A stretch of 61,622 nucleotides of DNA, the filler included, from Candidatus Woesearchaeota archaeon (GTDB lineage Archaea; Nanobdellota; Nanobdellia; Woesearchaeales; CAZJJJ01): the NCBI GenBank assembly GCA_046538795.1. It is 4 parts of 4 records of this genome, joined end to end, with 100 filler letters (N's around TTAATTAATTAA, not from the genome) between each part and the next. Parts side by side here need not be neighbours in the genome. Positions count along the whole stretch, not along the records: positions 25,539 to 50,411 come from JBKHIF010000015.1; 3 more parts are not named here. One strand, written 5' to 3'. Position numbers and translations under genes: made by a program. Shown in pieces: positions 30,030-40,925 of the stretch. The notes beneath the pieces are model-generated. The model saw nothing but the letters and a program-made list of their open reading frames with translations. It was not told the DNA's origin and did not search any database. Positions within the stretch are counted from its first letter, which is position 1, and each line of letters starts with the position of its first letter.

Positions 30030-31976
30030 TCAATCTTCAATAATAACATCAACAATAGAATCCAGTTTCTCTATCTTAGGTACAAGATCTTCAAGTTTCT
30101 TTTCATCCATCTTGATATCAAGGGATACAATAACACGCCCGTCTTTTGCAAATCTTGAGTTTACTCCGCTGACATTATATTTTTCCTGAGCAAGCAGATT
30201 AAGTATATTTGCAAGTATGCCTATCTTATCCTCAACTATGATCATAAGCGATTTTATTACATCTTTTTGTTTATCCAGTTCAAGCTCTATTTCTTTACTC
30301 CTATCATAAGAATATATATTTATACAGTCTGATTTATGCACTGCGACCTTACCTTCTTTTGTCCTGAATGCCTTTATCCTGTCTCCAGATTTAGGGTTAC
30401 AGCATTTGGACACTTTTATAGTATATTTTTTCCCGTTGTGTATTATTGATTTGTTATTAAAATCAAGTATGTCGTTTTTTTCTTCAGTTTTTTTTCTGGT
30501 TTTTCCCGGCTTATGCTCTGTCGCGATATTAAGTGCATGCTTTATCTTTGCTTTTGTATTTGAACTTCTTGTAAAAGAAAGCCAGGATCTTGAAGGCTTT
30601 ACATTTTTTGCTGTGATAATTTCGACAATATCTCCTGGAGAAAGCCTATGGTCAAGAGGAACTACATTTCCATTTACTTTAGCCTGCTTGCAATGATTTC
30701 CAATATCAGTATGGACAGAATAGGCAAAATCAACTGGTGTTGAGTCTTCTGCTAAAGATATCGGCTGGCCTTTTGGAGTAAATACAATTATCTCTTTTTC
30801 AAAAAGATCCATCTTCAAAGACTCTATGAAATCAGTTGCATCCTGAGAAGTCATCTTCCAGTCAAGTATCTGTTTTAACCACTCTATCTGCCGATCAAAT
30901 CTTTTATCAGCATCTTCCCCCTTGTATCTTACATGAGACGCGATGCCTTCTTCTGCTGCTTGATGCATGGTTTTGGTTCTTATCTGAACCTCAAGTATCC
31001 TGCCATGGTTTCCTACAACAGTCGTATGAAGAGATTGATACCCATTAGATTTAGGAACAGCAATATAATCCTTGAATCGTTTTGGCATAGGCCTCCAGAG
31101 CTTATGAACTGTTCCAAGAGCAGTATAACACTCTTCCATAGTTTTTGTTATAATCCTTATTGCAGTAAGATCATAGATCTCGTTGAATTCTTTTTCTTCG
31201 CGCGTAATTTTCTTGTAGATGCTAAAAAAATGCTTTGCCCTTCCATAGACTTCTGCTTCGACAGCAGCTTTCTTAAGCTCTGATTTGACCATCTTGATGA
31301 TCTCTTTTACTTCTCTTTCTCTTTGCTCTTTCTTTTTAGAGATGTTTTTCTTGAAATCCTGATAGATTTTTGGTTCGATGAATCTGAACGCAAGATCTTC
31401 TAATTCTGCTTTTACATTATACATCCCGAGTTTGTGCGCGATAGGAGCATATATCTCCATAGTCTCTTTAGATATTACCTTTCTTTTATCTTCTGGAAGA
31501 TACTTAAGCGTCCTCATATTGTGAAGTCTGTCAATGAGTTTTATTATTATTACCCTGACATCTTTTGATGTTGCAAGCATTATCTTTCTTATGTTTTCAG
31601 CACGTTCTGATTCCTTGTCATCAAGAGGAACAGAATGGTCTATCTGTTCAAGTTTCGTTACACCCTGAACAAGTTCAAGTGTTTCAGAATCAAACTCTTT
31701 TTCCATTGTATCAGGCTTGATGTTGGTATCTTCCAAAACATCATGAAGTAGCCCTGCCGCAATTGTGTGAGAATCAAGTTTAAGTTCTGCAAGCATTTTT
31801 CCTATCTCAAAACAATGGATAAAATAATCTTCTCCAGATGCTCTTTTTTGTCCCTTGTGGGCTTCATAAGCAAACAGTAGAGATTTCTCTATGAATTTCA
31901 GATCTGCATTAGGATTCTTTCTTTTGACAAGATTAAGGAAAATCCTGAATTTTGTATTCATATGTTCACTTGTCAT
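30030..31976 (-). CDS. Long RelA/SpoT homolog (bifunctional (p)ppGpp synthetase/hydrolase)
   Basis: HD domain (HKGQKRASGE, LLHDVLEDT, DRLHNMRTL); synthetase (GRAKH, RFKDYIAVPKSNGYQSLHT, EVQIRT); TGS (VFTPKG, DFAYSVHT); CC motif (SKCCNP); C-terminal ACT. Confidence 0.95.
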   Translation of the reverse strand: MTSEHMNTKFRIFLNLVKRKNPNADLKFIEKSLLFAYEAHKGQKRASGEDYFIHCFEIGKMLAELKLDSHTIAAGLLHDVLEDTNIKPDTMEKEFDSETLELVQGVTKLEQIDHSVPLDDKESERAENIRKIMLATSKDVRVIIIKLIDRLHNMRTLKYLPEDKRKVISKETMEIYAPIAHKLGMYNVKAELEDLAFRFIEPKIYQDFKKNISKKKEQREREVKEIIKMVKSELKKAAVEAEVYGRAKHFFSIYKKITREEKEFNEIYDLTAIRIITKTMEECYTALGTVHKLWRPMPKRFKDYIAVPKSNGYQSLHTTVVGNHGRILEVQIRTKTMHQAAEEGIASHVRYKGEDADKRFDRQIEWLKQILDWKMTSQDATDFIESLKMDLFEKEIIVFTPKGQPISLAEDSTPVDFAYSVHTDIGNHCKQAKVNGNVVPLDHRLSPGDIVEIITAKNVKPSRSWLSFTRSSNTKAKIKHALNIATEHKPGKTRKKTEEKNDILDFNNKSIIHNGKKYTIKVSKCCNPKSGDRIKAFRTKEGKVAVHKSDCINIYSYDRSKEIELELDKQKDVIKSLMIIVEDKIGILANILNLLAQEKYNVSGVNSRFAKDGRVIVSLDIKMDEKKLEDLVPKIEKLDSIVDVIIED

Positions 31977-32107
31977 AAATATGGATAAATTGCTTGTTAT
32001 TTAAAAGCATTTCACTTTGTGTTTTGATATTGATAAAACAAAAAATTTTGAAAAAGCATTCAGAGATTAGCACAAAATTTAAATTAAACATAAAATTAGA
32101 ATCAGAT

Positions 32108-33088
32108 ATGATTGTTCTTGGTATAGAATCAACAGCGCATACTTTTGGTTGCGGGATAATAAAAGACAAAACAATACTTGCAAATGTAAAAGACACTTTC
32201 ACCACAAAATCAGGAGGCATTATTCCTGTGAAGGCTGCAGAGCATCATACAGATGTTTGCGATAAGATAATCTTATCTGCGCTTAAAAAAGCAAGACTAT
32301 CAATAAAAGAAATAGATCTTATATCTTATTCTCAAAGTCCAGGACTTGGACACACGCTGAGAATCGGAGCTTTTGCAGCAAGATCATTATCTGCTATAAA
32401 TAATATTCCTATAATCGGAGTAAACCATTGCATAGCTCATCTTGAGATCGGGCGATTGCTTACAAAAGCAAAAGATCCTGTAATGCTTTATGCATCAGGT
32501 GCAAATACTCAGGTAATAGCATATGAAGCAGGAAGATACAGGATATTTGGAGAAACTCTTGACATCGGCTGCGGAAACTTTCTTGATAGTTTTGCAAGAG
32601 AGCTTGGTCTTGGTTTTCCAGGAGGACCAAAAATATATGATCTTTCGCTTAATGCAAAAAAATATGTTGAGCTTCCTTATGTGGTAAAGGGCATGGATGT
32701 TTCTTTTGGCGGCATTCTTACAAACCTTAAGCAAAAGATAAGGTTAGGTAACTACAAAAAAGAAGATCTTGCTTATTCTGCTCAGGAAACTGTATTTGCG
32801 ATGCTGCTTGAAGTTTCAGAAAGAGCTATGGCTCATTGCGGAAAATCCGAGCTTCTTTTAGGCGGTGGTGTTTCCTGCAACAAGAGGCTTCAGGAGATGG
32901 CAAAAATCATGTGCAAGGAAAGATATGCCGGATTTTATGTTCCTGAAAATCAATTCCTTGTAGATAACGGCGCTATGATCGCCTGGCTTGGACTTCTCCA
33001 ATATGATTCCGGACAAAGGATGAAACCAGAAGATTCAGGAATAGACCCATATCTTAGAACTGATGATGTTGAAGTTTTCTGGAGATAG
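32108..33088 (+). CDS. kae1: tRNA t6A biosynthesis protein Kae1 (KEOPS)
   Basis: LGIESTAHTFG, VNHCIAHLEIG, LYASGANTQ, GETLDIG, DNGAMIA. Confidence 0.96.
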   Translation: MIVLGIESTAHTFGCGIIKDKTILANVKDTFTTKSGGIIPVKAAEHHTDVCDKIILSALKKARLSIKEIDLISYSQSPGLGHTLRIGAFAARSLSAINNIPIIGVNHCIAHLEIGRLLTKAKDPVMLYASGANTQVIAYEAGRYRIFGETLDIGCGNFLDSFARELGLGFPGGPKIYDLSLNAKKYVELPYVVKGMDVSFGGILTNLKQKIRLGNYKKEDLAYSAQETVFAMLLEVSERAMAHCGKSELLLGGGVSCNKRLQEMAKIMCKERYAGFYVPENQFLVDNGAMIAWLGLLQYDSGQRMKPEDSGIDPYLRTDDVEVFWR

Positions 33089-33131
33089 GTCTTAGAAAAA
33101 TATTAATACTTCTTTTGAAATTCAGATATAT

Positions 33132-33677
33132 ATGATAGAGACATACAGGATATCATGTTTCCCTGATGATAATGCATCCATAGAAATTAAACGGCAGATT
33201 TTATCTTTTTCAAAGCATGCAAATTGTGTAACGCCTACGCTGAATGAACCCTGTGTTGTTGTAAAGACTGATTTTGAGATTGACTCTGCACAGATCACCC
33301 AGATAGAAAACATAATAGGAGAACTGGCAAAAAACATATCAAGGTTCAATTTGAATGTCAAAAAAATTGATTCATATCCAAAAAGGGAATTCCATTATCT
33401 CATTGAGTCTTCAAAAGAACTTAATAATATACATAAGACTATCATATCATCTCTTTTAAAAAAAATGAGAATACACCCTTCTGCTGTTGAAGGCAGTTAC
33501 TTTAATTTTACGATTCCAATGCTCTATGGAGATCTTGATCCTGAAGACTATGACAAGATGGTGCTTGAGCTTGAATCATTTTATCCTGCAATAAGCTTTG
33601 AGCTTGATAATATATGCATCCAGAAAAAGATGGGCAAGATCTGGAAGCTCCATAAAAGGTTTGACTTAAGCTTATGA
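33132..33677 (+). CDS. Possible 2H phosphoesterase (2'-5' RNA ligase-like) fold protein, degenerate
   Basis: Size and layout resemble 2H proteins (EPCVVVKTDF, FTIPMLYGDL, FELDNICI..WKLHKRF), but the HxT/S motifs are absent. Confidence 0.4.
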   Translation: MIETYRISCFPDDNASIEIKRQILSFSKHANCVTPTLNEPCVVVKTDFEIDSAQITQIENIIGELAKNISRFNLNVKKIDSYPKREFHYLIESSKELNNIHKTIISSLLKKMRIHPSAVEGSYFNFTIPMLYGDLDPEDYDKMVLELESFYPAISFELDNICIQKKMGKIWKLHKRFDLSL

Positions 33678-33691
33678 TATCAATAAATAAG

Positions 33692-33901
33692 ATGAAAACA
33701 CTTTTGATTTGTTTGATCCTGTTCTTAGTACTGTTTCTTGCAACAGCTTGTTCAAGATCTGTTTTTTTTACTGAGATATCGCTTGAAGGCACAGAAGAAA
33801 ATAATGATAATAACTTATCAGAAACCAATTCACATAAGGAAACAATAGAAAAAGAAAATTCCCCTCATCTGGAACACACAGCCCAGGAAATCCTTCTTTA
33901 G
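33692..33901 (+). CDS. Small putative lipoprotein
   Basis: MKTLLICLILFLVLFLATAC: hydrophobic leader ending in a lipobox-like Cys. Confidence 0.5.
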   Translation: MKTLLICLILFLVLFLATACSRSVFFTEISLEGTEENNDNNLSETNSHKETIEKENSPHLEHTAQEILL

Positions 33902-34017
33902 GCCTTAAGCCATCTTCTTGCTATCTCAAGGGCATACTTGCTGTCTGAAACTGAGGTATTCATAAGAAGCCTGTCTCTGATTTTATCGAGCATAGCAATC
34001 TTTTCGGTTGTATTCAT
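33898..34017 (-). CDS. Small hypothetical protein (39 aa)
   Basis: Manual translation MNTTEKIAMLDKIRDRLLMNTSVSDSKYALEIARRWLKA*; GGTGGT RBS upstream. Confidence 0.5.
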   Translation of the reverse strand: MNTTEKIAMLDKIRDRLLMNTSVSDSKYALEIARRWLKA

Positions 34018-34084
34018 ATTACCACCCAAAATATAACATGTTGTTTTGATTTATAATAATTAGCTGTCATCAGATAATGGTATA

Positions 34085-34230
34085 TTATTGAAAATTTTGC
34101 ATGAATCACGATTGAAACCTTGTTTCAATATTTGCAGAAATTTAAGAAATTTCTTTTCGTTTTTGTGGGGTTTGCCCTGCAAGGGTACTCTTCGAGCAGG
34201 TCGGGGAATAGCTATCGGTTTGAGTTATTT
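34085..34230 (+). repeat. Dispersed structured repeat, copy B
   Basis: TTATTGAAAATTT ... CAGGTCGGGGAATAGCTATCGGTTTGAGTTATTT; 5' part matches copy C, 3' part matches copy A. Confidence 0.85.
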
Positions 34231-34258
34231 AGAAAAAAATAAGATAAAAAAGAAAAAA

Positions 34259-36154
34259 TCATTTAGGGACATATTTTTTAGAAAACTCTTTGATATTTTT
34301 CAGAAGAGTTTTATTGCCTGTCCAGTCAAGAGCCTTTTCAAGAACCTGTGTTATATTTGATACAGGTATTATATCTATCTTGTCAAGCTTTTTCTTTTCG
34401 ATAACAATATCGTTCACATTTGTATCTGGGACGATAACTTTCTTTATTCCGGCTTCTATGGCAGCTTCAATTTTTGAGGAAACTCCTCCTATAGGAAGAA
34501 CCTCTCCTCTTACAGACAATGATCCTGTCATGGCAACTTCCTGCTTTATCGGGATATTTTTAAGAGCCGATATTATAGATGTCGCAACAGCGATGCTTGC
34601 AGAGTCACCTTCAACCCCTTCATAGGTCTGCAGGAACTGTACAAATATGCTCTTTTCCTTAAGATCATCTTCAAAATATTTCCTGACAATTGCAGAGACG
34701 TTTGTAATAGCCTCTTTAGCAATCTCGCCAAGCTTTCCTGTGGCTGTCACCTGAGTGTCCTTGCCTCCTGCGGTAACCTCTGATTCAATAGGAAGTATGA
34801 TTCCTGAATAGCTTGAACCTCCTCCGATGACAGCAAGGCCATTTACCCTGCCTACTTCTTTTCCGTTGGTCTTTATTATCTCATATTCTTTCTTGTGCTC
34901 GATAAACTTGTCAGCGATCTGCTGTTCAAGAGGACGTGCATATCCTTTTGCTTTCTGCACATGTTTTGGCTCGACAACAGTTGCTTTTTCATCAAGAGCA
35001 ATGTCTCCTGCAGCACGTACAAGGCCTCCAAGCTCCCTTAATCTCAATGTAAGATGATTTTTCCTATTCGCTCTTCTTCTGGCTTCTTCTATTATATATT
35101 GCACTGCCTTATAGGAAAAATGAGGAATCTTTTTGTCTTTTGTAACTTCCTGCGCTACAAAAGCAGCTATCTTGTCCCTGTTCTCAGGTGTATCTTTGAT
35201 AGTTTCTCTCATGAAAACCTCATAACCATATCCTCTTATCCTTGACCTTAGCGCCGGATGCATATGCTTTATTGTTTCAAGGTTTCCTGCAGCAACCAGT
35301 ATGAAATCACAAGGCACAGGTTCAGTCCTTACCATTGCACCCGCACTTCTTTCGCTTTGCCCTGTTATTGCATATTTTCTTTCCTGAATAGCTGAAAGAA
35401 GCTCTTGCTGGGTATTTGGCTGCAAGGTTGAAATCTCATCGATAAACAATACACCCTGATGCGTCTTATGAATCATTCCTGCAACAACTCTTTCATGCGC
35501 TGGTGTTCCCAACCCCCCTGACTGGAAAGGATCGTGAAGGACATCTCCCAAAAGAGCTCCTGCGTGAGATCCTGTAGCATCCATGAAAGGAGCCTGTTTC
35601 TTCTTGAAATTATCAACTATGATCTTAGGTACAGATACTTTCTGGTTTGTCTTTTTTGCAAGCCCGAATGACATCACAAAAAGCCCTGTTATTATTATGA
35701 CACCTATAGAACTTGCTGCAAGTATTATGGTTGCAGGCGTGGGTCCGTATTCATTAAGAAAATACCTGAAAGCCCACTGTGTAAGTATTATAGAAAGAAT
35801 GAAAAAACCCAGAAGTATTATGTTTTGATTTTTCAGGAGATTCATTGATTCCATCTTTGCTTTCATCACAAGGTCTCTTGCCTCTCCTGCAGGCATTGTC
35901 CTTATGAGAGGATTATTCTCATCATTTGGATTTGGGAAAGATACAAGATCTACAAGCTTCTCTTTTGGAAGAAGTTGAGCTAAAGCTAATCCAAGCATGG
36001 ATTTACCTGTTCCTGGCTCTCCTATCAGTAGAACGTGCCTTCTTTGGGATGCTGCTTTTTTTATGATATTTACAGCATCTTCCTGTCCGATAACCTGGTC
36101 GATAATCGTATCAGATACCTTGATATCTTTAGTTGTTTTGAATTTTAATGGCAT
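34259..36154 (-). CDS. lonB: Archaeal membrane-bound ATP-dependent protease LonB
   Basis: Walker A GEPGTGKS, two-TM insertion, Walker B LFIDE, VEGDSAS catalytic Ser, [12 protein letters not shown]. Confidence 0.96.
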   Translation of the reverse strand: MPLKFKTTKDIKVSDTIIDQVIGQEDAVNIIKKAASQRRHVLLIGEPGTGKSMLGLALAQLLPKEKLVDLVSFPNPNDENNPLIRTMPAGEARDLVMKAKMESMNLLKNQNIILLGFFILSIILTQWAFRYFLNEYGPTPATIILAASSIGVIIITGLFVMSFGLAKKTNQKVSVPKIIVDNFKKKQAPFMDATGSHAGALLGDVLHDPFQSGGLGTPAHERVVAGMIHKTHQGVLFIDEISTLQPNTQQELLSAIQERKYAITGQSERSAGAMVRTEPVPCDFILVAAGNLETIKHMHPALRSRIRGYGYEVFMRETIKDTPENRDKIAAFVAQEVTKDKKIPHFSYKAVQYIIEEARRRANRKNHLTLRLRELGGLVRAAGDIALDEKATVVEPKHVQKAKGYARPLEQQIADKFIEHKKEYEIIKTNGKEVGRVNGLAVIGGGSSYSGIILPIESEVTAGGKDTQVTATGKLGEIAKEAITNVSAIVRKYFEDDLKEKSIFVQFLQTYEGVEGDSASIAVATSIISALKNIPIKQEVAMTGSLSVRGEVLPIGGVSSKIEAAIEAGIKKVIVPDTNVNDIVIEKKKLDKIDIIPVSNITQVLEKALDWTGNKTLLKNIKEFSKKYVPK

Positions 36155-36261
36155 TCTTAAATTTTACAACTGTTAAGCTTTTTAAAAGTTTTTGTTTCGT
36201 TATGGTCTATAACTAAGAATCTTTGAAAATAAATTTAAAATTATGAAAAAATAAAAAATGT

Positions 36262-36747
36262 CTAGAAGACATCATCATCATCGTATGTTTCGACACCTTC
36301 CATACGCCTTGTATCTCTTTGCATCTCTTCTCTTGCCTGAAAATTCTTTTCAGCAGCCATAGGATGCTTTGTCCTGTAAATCTCTGCAAAGCTAGGTGTA
36401 ACGACGATCCAGTCATCTCCGAATCCTGCGATATCTCCTTCTATTGCATCGCATGTTTTCTTAAGCTTGTTGATCGCTCTTTTTAGCTCGACCAGATCTT
36501 TATCCTTGAGAGGCTTGATATTTACAAGGGCTATTGTGTAGCCGTCCCTCAAAGAGTCAAGTATAAGCTTTATGTCTGAGAAATCTTCTATAACAAAAGG
36601 CCGAACCATTATCTTTGTTCTTGCGCCTTCTCTTGCTCCTGTATTTAGTTCTACGTATTCTTCTTCAACTTCTTCTGGATATTCTTCCTGAGGTGATGAA
36701 AAAGCATCCTTGATCTTGTTTCTGAAATTAGCGAATGGATTTGCCAT
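36262..36747 (-). CDS. sepF: Cell division protein SepF
   Basis: N-terminal amphipathic helix; LRDGYTIALVNIKPL, ELKRAINKLK, EGDIAG, IVVTP. Confidence 0.88.
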   Translation of the reverse strand: MANPFANFRNKIKDAFSSPQEEYPEEVEEEYVELNTGAREGARTKIMVRPFVIEDFSDIKLILDSLRDGYTIALVNIKPLKDKDLVELKRAINKLKKTCDAIEGDIAGFGDDWIVVTPSFAEIYRTKHPMAAEKNFQAREEMQRDTRRMEGVETYDDDDVF

Positions 36748-36959
36748 TTTACCCTCCTCTTAAACATTATTTATCTGAATCAAGTTCAGAATTTACCCCT
36801 TTGTTTACTTTACAATGGTTAATTTAACAAGAGAGGTTAACTTTATTACCTATTTAAACTTTTTGATTGTGCAGGAGAAACAACTCATATATTGCACATG
36901 GAAATTCACATAGTAACTAAATCTGGAAAATAAGATAATAATATATATTATTTGAATAT

Positions 36960-39900
36960 ATGATGATATTTGTGCGAAAGACTATTTTCCTTGTGTTTGT
37001 ATTTATTTTATTATTTTTAGCTTTCTCAGATGCGGCTTACTCATCCTGCGAGACTGGAAGCGATACATCTATAACACAATATGGCATAACCTGGACATTT
37101 GATTCTGAATACCAGTGCGGACAGTTTGTCAATGGTGATTTCTGGGTGCTTGGTCCTGTTACAATAGTAAATATTGATCCTTCGAGCGGAGACGATGGAA
37201 CCGGAAGGATAGTTAACGGCTCGATGATAGATCCAGAGGCATCGACAAATTATCAGGGGTTTGACAGCGATGCATGGGATTATGATGGATCGCTTAATGT
37301 TGCTTTAGATATCTCTTCTTCTTCGCCTTTAATCATCCAGCCTGTATCAAGCTTGGTTTCATCAATATCATTGTTTCCTCCAGAAAGCAAGAAATCTATT
37401 GATTATCAGGCAATACTTACTGTTGTTTCTTCAATTCCTGATGCTGAGTCATTCAGGCCTCCCTGGACAGAAACAGACAAGACCATGCCTTATACATATT
37501 CAGATATAAACACCAACTTTCTGAGAAATCTTGCCCCTGTTGATAATCAACCATCCTGGGAAGATATCCAAGAAAGCATACTACCTCCTTTCATAGGCTT
37601 TTCATATTCATATTGGGTGGGTCAAAACGCTGCCAGGTTTGGTTCTGTAGGATTATCTGATTATGGAAGAGAGATTTCAGCAGACATGGGGGCTGCTGCT
37701 CTTATGATAAATACAGATGCTCCTCTTTCAGAAAAAAAGATGACTATTGCGGCTCTTGTCCAGAGAGGGATAGATGAATATGCTCTTTATCGTGCGTCAA
37801 GAATTGAAAACGACAGAATTTTTATGTGGTATAATGATGGCGGCATAAAACAGGGAAGAAAGCTTCCGATACTTCTTGCAGGTGTGCTTTTGAATGATGC
37901 TGATATGAGTAATATTGGCTTTGTAGAAGAACCTTTCCATGACGACGCGCAGACATTTTATGTAACCCAGGAATCAATAGACATTACAAACAGTGATTCC
38001 TGGGATCCTGATACAAGAGCTTATACACAGCCTTATGATGCTTCCATGATTGGCATGCCTGAATGGGGCATAAGGCATTCTACAAGACCAGAAGCAGATA
38101 ATGCTGACTGGACTGCTATGTACAGGCAGTGCTGCAATGCAATAACAAATGAGGCAACTGCCTTAGTGCTTCTTGTGATGGGGCTTAAGGAACTTTGGAA
38201 TGATGATTCTTATTTTGATTATCAGCACAGATATATGGAGATTGAACAGGGAAGACCTGATCCTTTTGGGTTTGAGGTGAACAACCAGCCTGCATCTCCT
38301 GGCTGGACTGCTGGTTCATACGGTCCATTTGGTTGGTGGAGAACAGCTATGTACTGGGAATATTGGGATGATTATTACTCGATGGATTCCTGGTATGATA
38401 AATTCCAAGATCAGAACGAAACAGATGATCCTTCGTGTATAGAATCCTGGTCTTGTACAGAATGGAGCGATTGTACAGTCGGAATGATCACAAGAACCTG
38501 CATAGATGAAAATGATTGCGGAACCGAAATTGAAAAACCGGTTGAAGAAGATTATTGTTTTGAAGGTTATGATTTTTATGATACTTTCACTGGTTCTTCA
38601 GTTGATTCAAGCAAATGGCGGGTTGCTACCTGGACTGAACACGGAGGACGCACAGGAACAGAGAGAGCATATGTTGAAGATGATGTTATTAATCTTATTT
38701 TTGAATATGATCTGAACTATTATGCTGATACAGGAAATTATCTTAGTTCAGCCATCCAATCAGTAAGGGAAGATTTTCTATATGGCAGATGGGAAGCAAG
38801 GCTTAAGCCTTCCAATCTCTCAGGTGTGCTGAATTCCATGTTCACTATTGATTGGCGTGATAATGGAGGCATGACCCTGCAGGAGATTGATATTGAATTT
38901 TTAACCCAATCTTTTGGAGGCGGGAATGGAGAGGTTCACATCGCACTTCATGCAAGGGATTATCCTAGTTTCCAGTCAAATCCAGACATAGAGTTGGGTT
39001 TTGATCCTTCAGAAGAGTTTCATGTATGGGGTTTTGACATAACTCCTGAATATATTGAGTGGTTTGTAGATGATACAATACTTTACACATATTATTATCA
39101 AGAAAATGATATTACAGTAGATGCGCCTTATATGATGAAATTTAATTCATGGAGCTCAGAACATTGGGTGGGCGGTCCGCCAGAACCTGATACAGAAAGC
39201 ATATATCAAATTGACTGGGTAAGGTTTAAGCAATATGAAAATGAATGCGCTGTCGCAGATGACTGTCCTTTTGTAGAATGCAGTGATCCATCCCAGACAA
39301 CCTGTGATGGCGGCAACTGTGTCTATGTTCCTTATGCTGACGGCACAACGTGCACTGATGACGGACTTTTTTGCAATGGAAACGAGACTTGTCAGTCAGG
39401 TTCCTGCACATCATCAGGAAATCCTTGTACTGCAGATACCATATCATGTACAAGAACATGTGATGAATCAACAGACACCTGCAATGTTCCGGATGATTCA
39501 CTTTGCACTTTGTCTTCAGGATGCACAAGCGCTTCATGCGATACTCAATTCGGATGCATATATGTTCCTGATGGATGCAATGACGTTTCAGGGATGATCT
39601 CACGCTGGGAATTTGAGACAGATGCATCTGACTCTTATGGAAACAATGATGGTTCTATGATTTCCGGAGCAACGATTACTACAGACCACGAACAGGGAAA
39701 TGTTTTGCATCTGGATGGTTCATCTCATGTAGATATCCCTTATTCCAACAGCCTTGATATAACCGCCCAGATAACAATATCTCTTTGGGTAAATGTGCAG
39801 TCATCAGGAAGCTATCCTAAGCTTTTTGTAAAGCAATATCAGGATCCATCTTCAGATCCGTGGGAACTTTATGCTATCGATCTTGGAAGTGATGGCAGGA

Positions 39901-40334
39901 CACCCAGATTTATGATTACAGATGGAGTTCCTTCAGGTCACTCAGTTTATCTTAACGGCGGGGTTATTCCGCTTGATGAGTGGCATCATCTGCTGGGAAC
40001 ATATGATGGTTCAAACGCATCTTTGTATGTTGACGGCATTTTGGCAGATAGTGAGCTTGCCTCATTTTCCATAGGATCAAACAATATGCCAATTGTCATG
40101 GGTGCAAATAATTTTGAGGGCCATATTGATGATGTGAGGTTATTTAACAGGGCTTTGACACAACAGGAGATAAGCTCTCTTGCAGGAACAGCTTATATCC
40201 ATCCTGCTGACATAAACTCAAACAGAATAATGGAATTCACAGAACTCAATTCCTATGTGCAGCAGTGGAAGACTTCTCCGTTAATATCGCTTGCACAGCT
40301 TGTGGAAGCCATTGAATTGTGGAAGGGCGGCTGA
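36960..40334 (+). CDS. Secreted multidomain protein with GH16 domain, Cys-rich repeats and LamG domain
   Basis: Signal peptide; YGRWEARLK and QEIDIEF (GH16 ExDxE), FHVWGFD; DDGLFCNGNETC; WHHLLGTYDG..LYVDG..IDDVRLFNRALT (LamG); dockerin/EF-hand-like tail HPADINSN. Confidence 0.85.
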   Translation: MMIFVRKTIFLVFVFILLFLAFSDAAYSSCETGSDTSITQYGITWTFDSEYQCGQFVNGDFWVLGPVTIVNIDPSSGDDGTGRIVNGSMIDPEASTNYQGFDSDAWDYDGSLNVALDISSSSPLIIQPVSSLVSSISLFPPESKKSIDYQAILTVVSSIPDAESFRPPWTETDKTMPYTYSDINTNFLRNLAPVDNQPSWEDIQESILPPFIGFSYSYWVGQNAARFGSVGLSDYGREISADMGAAALMINTDAPLSEKKMTIAALVQRGIDEYALYRASRIENDRIFMWYNDGGIKQGRKLPILLAGVLLNDADMSNIGFVEEPFHDDAQTFYVTQESIDITNSDSWDPDTRAYTQPYDASMIGMPEWGIRHSTRPEADNADWTAMYRQCCNAITNEATALVLLVMGLKELWNDDSYFDYQHRYMEIEQGRPDPFGFEVNNQPASPGWTAGSYGPFGWWRTAMYWEYWDDYYSMDSWYDKFQDQNETDDPSCIESWSCTEWSDCTVGMITRTCIDENDCGTEIEKPVEEDYCFEGYDFYDTFTGSSVDSSKWRVATWTEHGGRTGTERAYVEDDVINLIFEYDLNYYADTGNYLSSAIQSVREDFLYGRWEARLKPSNLSGVLNSMFTIDWRDNGGMTLQEIDIEFLTQSFGGGNGEVHIALHARDYPSFQSNPDIELGFDPSEEFHVWGFDITPEYIEWFVDDTILYTYYYQENDITVDAPYMMKFNSWSSEHWVGGPPEPDTESIYQIDWVRFKQYENECAVADDCPFVECSDPSQTTCDGGNCVYVPYADGTTCTDDGLFCNGNETCQSGSCTSSGNPCTADTISCTRTCDESTDTCNVPDDSLCTLSSGCTSASCDTQFGCIYVPDGCNDVSGMISRWEFETDASDSYGNNDGSMISGATITTDHEQGNVLHLDGSSHVDIPYSNSLDITAQITISLWVNVQSSGSYPKLFVKQYQDPSSDPWELYAIDLGSDGRTPRFMITDGVPSGHSVYLNGGVIPLDEWHHLLGTYDGSNASLYVDGILADSELASFSIGSNNMPIVMGANNFEGHIDDVRLFNRALTQQEISSLAGTAYIHPADINSNRIMEFTELNSYVQQWKTSPLISLAQLVEAIELWKGG

Positions 40335-40578
40335 TTTACTTACGAGAAACCTTTTTAAATATGGTTAAAATAATTTGACTATTTTAAAAATATTTACAGC
40401 ACGTAACTTAAGAAAAATACAACTATTCTGATTATTTGCAAAAAATGCAACTATTTTTAAATATGTATGAACAGAACTCAAACGTCTTAAAAAAACTTGT
40501 AAGTATGGAAAACTTTTTAAATAAGCTCTAGTTTTTCAAGTTGGAATAATAGTAAATAACATCTTATGGAGTATTAAA

Positions 40579-40869
40579 ATGGTACAGAGAATAGGCGGTT
40601 CAAGAAGAAAATCAAGATCAATTATGAAAAAACCCCTTAAGGAAAAGGGAAAGATTTCAATTACGAAGTATTTTAAAGAATTCAAAGATGGAGACAAGGT
40701 CCTTCTTAAGGCAGAACCAAGTGTCCAAAAAGGTCTTTTTCATCTTAGATTCCACGGCAAAGTAGGTATTGTCCAGAACAAGAAAGGAACATGCTATGAA
40801 GTGGAGATCAAAGATCTTAATAAGAAAAAGACTGTGATAGTTCATCCGTCGCATCTTAGGAAACTATAA
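40579..40869 (+). CDS. rpl21e: 50S ribosomal protein L21e
   Basis: FKDGDKV, EPSVQKG, RFHGKVG, VHPSHL. Confidence 0.96.
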   Translation: MVQRIGGSRRKSRSIMKKPLKEKGKISITKYFKEFKDGDKVLLKAEPSVQKGLFHLRFHGKVGIVQNKKGTCYEVEIKDLNKKKTVIVHPSHLRKL

Positions 40870-40925
40870 ATATTACTTTTTATTTAATCATCATTATTTT
40901 ATAATTAAAAATACTATTGATAAAA

